Positions 35,350 through 43,340 of a stretch of DNA of 64,000 nt are shown here, piece by piece. The DNA lies in contig JAYFMW010000015.1 in the NCBI GenBank assembly GCA_042408215.1, positions 1-64,000 of the forward strand, read 5' to 3'. The notes beneath the pieces are model-generated. The model made no database searches. It saw only the letters and a program-made list of their open reading frames with translations, and was not told the origin of the DNA. The stretch's first letter is position 1. Each line of letters opens with the position of its first letter. The stretch is from Microcoleus sp. GTDB lineage: Bacteria > Cyanobacteriota > Cyanobacteriia > Cyanobacteriales > Microcoleaceae. A program made the position numbers and the translations under genes.

Positions 35350-35841
35350 ATGTCTAGTGATGTTAGCTCAATCATTGCCAAATGGGCCTATAAATACTTT
35401 CGGGACTTCGATGGAGTACCTCCAGATAGTGACAAGCTGACCTATGCAAAAGCACTTCTAATTTGTGCGAAGGGAGATGGGGAATTAACAGCAAAAGAAA
35501 GAGACTGGGTGATTGGTTTTACTGCGCTCAAAGGAGTCCCAGCTTCCGTTATTGAAGAACTGAAAAATTACCCGGCTACAGAGAATTTGCAAGAAGTTCT
35601 GGCTACTAGCCAGTCGATTTTCCAGACATCAACACATAACCTGATTTATGATGCAATACAAGCTTCTGCTGCTGATGGTGAATATGCTGAAGGAGAAAAA
35701 GAAGCGATTCGTGAAGCAGCATCTATCCTAGGAATTTCTGAGGATGCAGTTAAGCAGCTTGAGGAACTATACGAAGAGGAACAGAAATTGTTTGCCAAGA
35801 AAATTCAGTTGTTTTTTCCCAAAGGGAAGCCTCAGTATTGA
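35350..35841 (+). CDS. TerB-like helical protein
   Basis: AKGDGELT..ER and SAADGEY...E..AI..AA..LGI repeats. Confidence 0.7.
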   Translation: MSSDVSSIIAKWAYKYFRDFDGVPPDSDKLTYAKALLICAKGDGELTAKERDWVIGFTALKGVPASVIEELKNYPATENLQEVLATSQSIFQTSTHNLIYDAIQASAADGEYAEGEKEAIREAASILGISEDAVKQLEELYEEEQKLFAKKIQLFFPKGKPQY

Positions 35842-35894
35842 CAGATGGATTCCTCATGCCATTTTCAATCGCAAATGTATCTTCCGTAACCCTA

Positions 35895-36061
35895 ATACCC
35901 ATTTTTTGTGAGGCTGCATAGAATTTGATCCCCCCTAACCCCCCTTAGTAAGGGTGGGACAAGAGCGCGATCTTTCGTCAACCCCTACTCACACCCTACT
36001 CCCTTATTAAGGGGGATGCGAGGGGGATCAGAATATGTGCAACTTCACATTAAATTGGTAT
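35895..36061. mobile_element. MITE family A, copy 2 (inverted)
   Basis: Shares GAGGCTGCATAGAAT and GTCAACCCCTACTCACACCCTACTCCCTT with the reverse complement of 11028-11185. Confidence 0.75.
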
Positions 36062-36177
36062 AATCCTTAGTTTTTTCTAGAGCTACTGCCTCCTTAAGCG
36101 GAACTTCCCTGGCGAGGGAACTTCCGCTTGAACATATTACCCGCTGTGACTTTCCAGAATTCTGGAAAATCTGTTAC

Positions 36178-37537
36178 CAAGCGATTGGGTCTAAAGCCCC
36201 GTCCTTCTAGGACGGCTTTAATTTATGTAATTTGTAAATAATTGTTAAACAAATAGAGCTTGTGGGTAAAAGTTTTAGTAAAAATGATAAACTAATCCCA
36301 TGATAGTTTTAGAGTTCAAGTTGAAAGGCAAAGCGGAGCAATATCGGATCATCGACGACATGATCAGGACAGCTCAGTTTGTCCGAAACAAAACTCTTAG
36401 ACATTGGATAGACAATCAAGGAATTAAGCTGGTTGACCTGTACAAACAATGCGCCATTATGGCAAAAGAGTTTGAATGGGCAGGCAAACTTAATTCGATG
36501 GCACGTCAAGCTTCCGCTGAACGTGCCATTTTTGCTATCCAACGTTTCTTTGCTAATTGCAAAGCAAAGAAGCCAGGAAAAAAGGGGTATCCACAGTTCA
36601 AGAAGCATACCCGATCGGTTGAATATAAAACTTCGGGTTGGTCACTTTCTACTGACAAAAGATGCTTGACGCTTCAAGACGGCTTTGCTGCTGGCAAGTT
36701 CAAGTTGATCGGTAGTCGAGACTTGCATTTCTATGCACCGGGTGAGATAAAACGAATCAGAATTGTGCGTCGTGCCGACGGCTACTATGCACAATTTTGT
36801 ATCAACGTGGAGCGAAAAGAGGAGCCTATTCTCAATGGCAAGACTATTGGGATAGACGTTGGGTTAAACCATTTCTATACTGATAGCGATGGCGAAACAG
36901 TTCCGAATCCTCGGCATCTCCGCAAAAGCGAAAAAGCTTTGAAGAGATTGCAAAAGCGAGTTTCCCGGAAGAAGAAAGGTTCTAAAAACCGAAAGAAAGC
37001 GATAAACAAGTTAGGAAGAAAGCACTTAAAAGTCAGTCGGCAGCGTAAAAACTTCGCCATAAAGACGGCGTTGTGCGCGGTAAAATCTAACGATTTTGTA
37101 GCCTACGAAGACCTTCAAGTGCGGAACATGGTTAAGAATCACAAGCTTGCTAAATCAATTGGCGATGCAGCGTGGGCACAGTTTGCTCAATGGTTAGAAT
37201 ATTTTGGAGAAGTGTACGGCAAAACAGTTATTGCTGTTGCTCCTCAGTACACCTCGCAAAATTGTTCAAACTGCGGCAATCTGGTTAAGAAAACTCTGTC
37301 AAATCGAACCCATATTTGCGGTTGTGGAGCGATATTAGATCGCGATCACAACGCCGCGAAAAACATTTTAACGAAAGGGTTGAAGGAAGCAGGAATTAAT
37401 TTCAATTTAAATACGGTGGGACACACCGAAATTCACGCTTGGGGACAGACCGATCTCTACTCTTTGATGGCAGCATCAACGAGCAAATCGACTGTATGAT
37501 CCAAGAATCCCTGCGCCTTCAGGCCAGGGAGTGTCAA
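36178..37537 (+). mobile_element. IS200/IS605-family (IS1341/IS891-like) tnpB-only element
   Basis: TTAC target at 36174-36177, left hairpin AAAGCCCCGTCCTTCTAGGACGGCTTT, right end AAGAATCCCTG...GGGAGTGTCAA; no tnpA. Confidence 0.88.
36300..37499 (+). CDS. tnpB: RNA-guided endonuclease TnpB
   Basis: RuvC motifs IGIDVG, YEDL, DRDHNAA and Zn ribbon CSNC...CGC all present. Confidence 0.95.
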   Translation: MIVLEFKLKGKAEQYRIIDDMIRTAQFVRNKTLRHWIDNQGIKLVDLYKQCAIMAKEFEWAGKLNSMARQASAERAIFAIQRFFANCKAKKPGKKGYPQFKKHTRSVEYKTSGWSLSTDKRCLTLQDGFAAGKFKLIGSRDLHFYAPGEIKRIRIVRRADGYYAQFCINVERKEEPILNGKTIGIDVGLNHFYTDSDGETVPNPRHLRKSEKALKRLQKRVSRKKKGSKNRKKAINKLGRKHLKVSRQRKNFAIKTALCAVKSNDFVAYEDLQVRNMVKNHKLAKSIGDAAWAQFAQWLEYFGEVYGKTVIAVAPQYTSQNCSNCGNLVKKTLSNRTHICGCGAILDRDHNAAKNILTKGLKEAGINFNLNTVGHTEIHAWGQTDLYSLMAASTSKSTV

Positions 37538-37557
37538 AAGTTTAAAGAATTCCTTGT

Positions 37558-38760
37558 ATGCCAATCAAACCTAACTCTCTGAGCTTCACGGTGCTTCTTG
37601 GCATACTTGCTGCACTGCCACCTTTATCAATAGATATGGCACTACCAGCATTTCCCACTATTGCCACTTCACTAGATACCTCCCCTGCTGCTGTGGGACT
37701 AACACTTAGTCTGTTCATGGTTGGCTATGCTACGTCACAGCTTGCCTTTGGTCCGTTCTCCGATCGCTATGGACGTAAACCAGCCTTGCTAATAGGATGC
37801 GGACTCTTTGCGCTTGCGGGTGCTGGTTGCGCTATGGCACCATCAATTAATGCACTTTTGGCTTGGCGCTTCTTTCAGGGCGCAGGTGCAGGTGCAGGTA
37901 TGACGTTGATGCTAGCGATAGTCCGCGATCTGTTTGAGAATGCTGCCGCCCGTGCCCAGCTCTCCTACGTTAACCTGGTGATGACCGTAGCGCCAATGAT
38001 TGCACCCACAATTGGCGGGGGATTACTGGCGATCGCGGGTTGGCGTGTAATCTATGGATTATTGGCTGTGGGAGGGCTGGTACTCCTGCTGACTGTTGCA
38101 CTCGGACTGAGCGAGTCTATTAAAAGCAGAGATCTAAATGCCATTAAACCACGTCGGTTTATCAAGAATTATGTCAGCGTTCTTAGTAATCGGATTTGCC
38201 TTAGCTATGCTCTAGTCAATGCTCTGAGTTTTGGGTGCATGTTCGCCTACGTTGCGGGTTCACCACTTGTGATGCTGAAGGTCTTAGGTCTCTCGACCAC
38301 AACCTATGGTTTGCTCTTCGCATTGACTGCTTTCGGTATCATGGCAGGCTCCTTCCTCAACGGACAGTTGAACACTCGCGGTATATCATCGGCAGGCTTG
38401 CTCAGCTTTGGGTTAGTGCTTGCTGCTACCTCAGCGGTTGCACTTGTAATAGTGTCGGGGAGTGGTGTGGCACAGGTGATGACACTGATGCCGCTACTCA
38501 TACTTAATACTTTTGGTTATGGGCTGATTGCACCCAACGCTATCCATCATGCACTGGAGCCAGTGCCAGAAATTACTGGAGTTGCTGCTGCATTAGTGGG
38601 ATTTCTGCGAATGCTAGCTGGTGCCATAGCAAGTGCGCTGATTGGCTTTCTCTTTGACGGACACACTGCCTTTGCCATGTCTGCTGTGATGGCACTGTTT
38701 GCGATCGCCTCGCTCGCTACCTATGCCAGACTTCGTTTTCTGAACTCGATTAAGCTGTAA
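37558..38760 (+). CDS. Bcr/CflA-family MFS efflux transporter
   Basis: LPPLSIDMALPAFP, GPFSDRYGRKP; about 12 hydrophobic helices. Confidence 0.92.
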   Translation: MPIKPNSLSFTVLLGILAALPPLSIDMALPAFPTIATSLDTSPAAVGLTLSLFMVGYATSQLAFGPFSDRYGRKPALLIGCGLFALAGAGCAMAPSINALLAWRFFQGAGAGAGMTLMLAIVRDLFENAAARAQLSYVNLVMTVAPMIAPTIGGGLLAIAGWRVIYGLLAVGGLVLLLTVALGLSESIKSRDLNAIKPRRFIKNYVSVLSNRICLSYALVNALSFGCMFAYVAGSPLVMLKVLGLSTTTYGLLFALTAFGIMAGSFLNGQLNTRGISSAGLLSFGLVLAATSAVALVIVSGSGVAQVMTLMPLLILNTFGYGLIAPNAIHHALEPVPEITGVAAALVGFLRMLAGAIASALIGFLFDGHTAFAMSAVMALFAIASLATYARLRFLNSIKL

Positions 38761-38917
38761 AAAATCATCGTCAACAGTGAAATGAGTTACGGTTCACTAA
38801 TCACAGTAAAAGCGGATTAAAATCGTCGCTTGGAAACTAAAGATCTACGCAGAAACCCGCTTTCTAGGCTCGTAGTGCGTAAGTCCTGAGACATATTGCA
38901 ATACTGTTTGACGACAA

Positions 38918-40267
38918 TTAAGAAAAATAATTGCGGAAGTAATCTCGATATAGTTCACAGCTAACAGTCGATTTATCGTCTGTAAGATGCGCCAATCCTA
39001 AACTTTTTAACTTAAACGCCACCTCTTTCTCTAAGGAAGTTGGAACCCTTAAAACCAGTTCAAAAGCATCAGCTAATTTAGGATATTGCTGAAGGTTCCA
39101 TAACTGAGACTGAAGATGTTGTTGATAGATTCCACTATTTTTCGTAGCATCTTGCATTAAGGTTTGCACGGGAACTTTCCAGCGGGCACTTTGATACAAT
39201 GTCAGTCGGATCAAATACGGAAAGCCACCAGTAAGCTCCATTAACTGCTCGATTTCAGGCTTCGCGAGTTGAAGCCCGTGACGTTTGGCTAAATCCTGTA
39301 CCTGTTCAGGGCTAAATGTCGGCAGTTCGATCGCCAATCCCACATTAAACGGAGAGCGATGGGTGGGTAATGGAATGTAAACTTCAACTGCATAAGCTAT
39401 GACAACTCGTAACTTCTGCCAAACTGAAATGTCTTTTGTTTCCTCATACCAGGAACGCAACAAAACGAAAAAATCGCTAGCGATTTCTGGGTACTCAAAT
39501 AATTGGTCGATGCCATCTAATGCTAGAACGATCGGGTTAGATATTTCCTTGAGGAGATAGCCCTGAAAATAAATCGTGGTGTTAATCAAGGCTCCCATAT
39601 CCTCGTCCCAGTAGTCATTTATTTTAGATGCTAAACCCAACTGCTGAGTGACATTTGTACAGAACCAGCGTAAAAAGCGATCGCTCGAAGCAAATACCTG
39701 TGTGCCGGCGCGATGCAAGCTGAGTCTTACTGTGTGGTAATTCTGACTGCTTGCATAATCCAGAATTCGGGCGATTAGGGAAGTCTTCCCCATCTTCCGA
39801 GGTGCAAAGATGCGAATGAATGCACGGGGTTGGAGAATTTCTTGATAGCAGATTTGTTCGATATTCTGGCGCTCAACGTACAGACAGGAAGAGAGGGGAA
39901 CCTGTCCTTCTGGAGATTCTAAAACGTAGCGTTCTCCAGTCAAGCCTACCCCAAGCATCGCTGTTATTGTTTGAGTCTGCTGAGGATTTTTCCGATAGAT
40001 AAACTGCTGTTCTAGCAGCGCTGGAAGATTTGTTTTATTAACTTTTTCGCCGATCGCCTGTGAAAGCAACTGCCATAATTTAGGCGCAACTGTGAACTTA
40101 ATATAGCTTTCAGAATAGTTATTTTCTTCAGCAATTTGAGCGTAAGTTTTTTTGTCTTCTAGTAGAGATTCTCGCAAGATTACCTTTTGAATATAGTTAA
40201 GCGAAACCCCTGTTTCTGTAGCCACTAAAAGGAGCGCAAGTTCAACAAGTTTTTCAATATTTTTCAT
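38918..40267 (-). CDS. Winged-HTH + AAA_35 ATPase protein
   Basis: TYAQIA...YSESYIK...LW..LS; PEGQVPL.S..YVER, APRKMGKTSL, SPFNVG. Confidence 0.88.
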   Translation of the reverse strand: MKNIEKLVELALLLVATETGVSLNYIQKVILRESLLEDKKTYAQIAEENNYSESYIKFTVAPKLWQLLSQAIGEKVNKTNLPALLEQQFIYRKNPQQTQTITAMLGVGLTGERYVLESPEGQVPLSSCLYVERQNIEQICYQEILQPRAFIRIFAPRKMGKTSLIARILDYASSQNYHTVRLSLHRAGTQVFASSDRFLRWFCTNVTQQLGLASKINDYWDEDMGALINTTIYFQGYLLKEISNPIVLALDGIDQLFEYPEIASDFFVLLRSWYEETKDISVWQKLRVVIAYAVEVYIPLPTHRSPFNVGLAIELPTFSPEQVQDLAKRHGLQLAKPEIEQLMELTGGFPYLIRLTLYQSARWKVPVQTLMQDATKNSGIYQQHLQSQLWNLQQYPKLADAFELVLRVPTSLEKEVAFKLKSLGLAHLTDDKSTVSCELYRDYFRNYFS

Positions 40268-40282
40268 TCAAATAGCAAGTTG

Positions 40283-41305
40283 CTAGATTGGGATATTCAA
40301 TGCTCCATTAGCTCTGAGCCAATGCTTCTGTTGGCAAGTTAACCCTTGAGCGTCTGTAAAGCAGGCTTTTTTGACGCGACAACCAGAGAAATCAGCACCC
40401 ATTAGCTGAGTATCTTTCAAGTTGGCGTGTCTCAGATCGGCCTCAACCAGATTGGTATCTCGCAAGACTGATCCCTCTAGATCGGCTTGAAATAGAGAAG
40501 CTCGCTTTAGATTAGCACGGCTTAAGTCAGCGCCAACTAAGTTGGCTAATTCTAGAGCAACTCGGCACAAAATTGCTTCTGTCAAATCAGCATATCTCAG
40601 GTCTGCCCCAACCAAATCCGCCTCGGTCAAATCAGCTCTCCTGAGAATTGTCTCATTAAGCTGGCTCTCTTCGAGATCGACTCGCTGCAACGAGGCTTGG
40701 CTTAAGATGGCACCTTCCCAATTTGTCTGACGCAGATTTGCTTCATCGAGGTTGGCTGCCGTAAAATCCGCCCCTTTCAAGTTTGCTTTCAATAAATTGG
40801 CTTCACTCAGAGTTGCTTGAAGCAAACAAGCACCTTCTAAAGACGCTTCAGTTAAATTAGCACCCTTTAAACAGGCAGAAGTTAGATTTGCATGATTTAG
40901 GAGAGCATGACTCAGGTTGGCGTTAACTAATGTGACTTCCTTTAAATCCGCCCAAAAAAGGCTGCTGTGGAGCAGAGAGGCTTGACTTAAGTTTGCCTGT
41001 CTTAAGTTCGCTCGATTCAAATCTGTCCAAATCAGATTTGTGCCGCTTAAGTTGGTGAAACTCAGATCGGCACTATTGAGGTTGGCATGACTAAAATCAA
41101 TTCCATTTAGGTCAGCGCCCTTCAGGTAAATTCGACTAAGGTTAAGATTTTGAAAATTTCGTTCCTCCTCGGCATACCGCTTCAGAATGTCACTGGCATT
41201 AATTATTTTCATGAGCATTAACGAGGCATTGCTCGACTTAACGATTGTTTTTGAGCCGGCTCGGTTGTGATGCGCTGTATTCATGTTTTTGCCATCTCTA
41301 CCCAT
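40283..41305 (-). CDS. Pentapeptide repeat protein
   Basis: Long A(D/N)Lxx repeat run. Confidence 0.92.
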   Translation of the reverse strand: MGRDGKNMNTAHHNRAGSKTIVKSSNASLMLMKIINASDILKRYAEEERNFQNLNLSRIYLKGADLNGIDFSHANLNSADLSFTNLSGTNLIWTDLNRANLRQANLSQASLLHSSLFWADLKEVTLVNANLSHALLNHANLTSACLKGANLTEASLEGACLLQATLSEANLLKANLKGADFTAANLDEANLRQTNWEGAILSQASLQRVDLEESQLNETILRRADLTEADLVGADLRYADLTEAILCRVALELANLVGADLSRANLKRASLFQADLEGSVLRDTNLVEADLRHANLKDTQLMGADFSGCRVKKACFTDAQGLTCQQKHWLRANGALNIPI

Positions 41306-41372
41306 CCTCCATTTTCGCTAATCCTTATCTATCTTAATAAAATATTCTAAGTGGCAAGCTGTAATTTGTAAA

Positions 41373-41435
41373 TTTCCCTACTTTCCCTACTTTCCCTACT
41401 TTTCCTACTTTTCCTACTTTTCCTACTTTTCCTAC
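41373..41435. repeat. Seven tandem 9-bp repeats TTT(C/T)CCTAC in a divergent intergenic region
   Basis: 3x TTTCCCTAC followed by 4x TTTTCCTAC. Confidence 0.9.
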
Positions 41436-41539
41436 TTTAAATTCACGGATGATAATTGAGCTGCAAAAAACTTGTAAAACTGCTTGACTTAAACAGCTTA
41501 ATCTGATATATATATATAGTAACCAATATAAATTCCATA

Positions 41540-43285
41540 ATGAAAAAATTAAGGAATCCTAAAAATAGTAGATATATTGGCTTATTGGTATCTACAGCAC
41601 TATGTCTGGTTAGTGGACAGGGAAAAGCTGCTGAACGGGTTTCTCAAGACTTTTACGCTTTTAATAAAACTACTCAGGAAGTCGCTCAATTAACCCAGCG
41701 ATCGCCAACCATAGTTCTTAATGGCAATAATCTAACGCCCTCTGATGTTATAAAAGTGGCGAGAATCGGTGTCAAAGTGAGCATTAGTGATGCTGCTTTA
41801 AAACGGCTTAAAACTGCCCATGAATTGCTGCTTCTTGCTGCTAAAAATGGTCGAGCAATTTATGGTCTGACTCAAGGCGTAGGCTTAAATAAAGATCGGA
41901 CTTTGGTTGATGCAAAGGGAAATTTGAGTCAAGAGGTAATCCGACGCTCTCAAGAATTTAACCGAGGCCTAATTTACGCTCACAGTGCAGGTGCTAGTCC
42001 CCAAATGAGCAAAGATGTGGTGCGAGCCATCATGGCGGTTCGCCTCAACTCTATTTTGTTTGGTTCAACAGGAGTTCAGCCGAAAGTTGCCGAATTGTAC
42101 CGCGATTTCTTAAACAACGACATTGTTCCGATAATTCCCTCTAGAGGCTCTGTGGGACAAGCTGATATTACCCTGATTACCCATATTGGTCTGGCGATGA
42201 TTGGCGAGGGAGAAGTGTATTACCAAGATAAAAAGATGCCTGCCAGTCAAGCCTTGAAAATGGCTGGGCTTGAGCCTTTAGTTCCCTTTGGTAAAGATGC
42301 GCTGTCAATTCTCAGTTCCAATGCCTACTCAGCAGCCTTGGGTGCATTAGCAGTAGCCGAGCTTGAACACGCATTAAAGATGTCGAAACTAATCTTTGCT
42401 ATAAGTCTTGAAGCATTGGACGGTAATATTGAACCTTTCTTAGAAGATGCTAACAAAATTCGACCTTTCCCAGAGGCGAATCAGGTATCGAGAGACATCC
42501 GAGAAATGCTCAGTGGTAGCTATCTCTGGGAAAAGTCAGAAGAGAGAGCACTTCAAGATCCTTTAAGTTATCGCACAGGTGCTTATATACTAGGCGCGGG
42601 CGAACATTCTTTAAAGCAACTACAGGAACAACTCAAGATTCAACTCAATTCCTCGGATGATAATCCGGCAGTTGTACTCGATGTTGTGCCACCATCAAAT
42701 CGATCTGAGGAAGCATCTCACTATGTTAATGAGGGAGGAATTCGAGGCGCAGTTATGCCAACTGCTAACTTTTCGCCCTTACCTTGGGTGATTTCGTTTC
42801 AAGAAGCGGCGATCGCTTTGAGCTACCTTTCAAGCGCATCTGCCCAACGAACAATTAAGCTTGGCGACCCGCATTTTACCCACTTGTCCCGATTTTTAGG
42901 AACAGAAAATACCGTTCATGCCTATGGTGCAATTCAGAAAACTTTCGTGGCTTTAGCCGTAGAAAATCAGGAACTAGCAGCACCAGTAATGGATAATTTT
43001 GCCATTGCTGGCAATATTGAAGATGTGTCAACAAATGCTCCAAGAACTGTGCAGCGTGTTATGACACAGACTGACACTCTCTATTACATCTTAGGAATCG
43101 AAATGATGCACGCCGCACAAGCTATTGACTTAAGATTACAAAAAAATCCTAATTTGAAATTATCGAGAGTCACCAAAGAATTCTTTGAACAGTACAGACA
43201 GGTTGTTCCTTTTCTGAAAAGCGATCGGGTGTTAACCTATGACATTGAAAAGTCGTATTCATTCTTGAAAGCCTACCCCAAATAG
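41540..43285 (+). CDS. HAL/PAL-superfamily ammonia-lyase lacking the MIO triad (ergothionase-like), with a signal peptide
   Basis: IYGLT, GSVGQAD in place of GSVGASGD, LQDPLS.R, NSSDDNP, NIEDV; Sec-like N-terminus ending GKAAE. Confidence 0.82.
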   Translation: MKKLRNPKNSRYIGLLVSTALCLVSGQGKAAERVSQDFYAFNKTTQEVAQLTQRSPTIVLNGNNLTPSDVIKVARIGVKVSISDAALKRLKTAHELLLLAAKNGRAIYGLTQGVGLNKDRTLVDAKGNLSQEVIRRSQEFNRGLIYAHSAGASPQMSKDVVRAIMAVRLNSILFGSTGVQPKVAELYRDFLNNDIVPIIPSRGSVGQADITLITHIGLAMIGEGEVYYQDKKMPASQALKMAGLEPLVPFGKDALSILSSNAYSAALGALAVAELEHALKMSKLIFAISLEALDGNIEPFLEDANKIRPFPEANQVSRDIREMLSGSYLWEKSEERALQDPLSYRTGAYILGAGEHSLKQLQEQLKIQLNSSDDNPAVVLDVVPPSNRSEEASHYVNEGGIRGAVMPTANFSPLPWVISFQEAAIALSYLSSASAQRTIKLGDPHFTHLSRFLGTENTVHAYGAIQKTFVALAVENQELAAPVMDNFAIAGNIEDVSTNAPRTVQRVMTQTDTLYYILGIEMMHAAQAIDLRLQKNPNLKLSRVTKEFFEQYRQVVPFLKSDRVLTYDIEKSYSFLKAYPK

Positions 43286-43340
43286 GTTAATCAAGTTTAA
43301 AACAGGAAATCAAATTCCTCGTTCAAGATTAATAAAAAAG

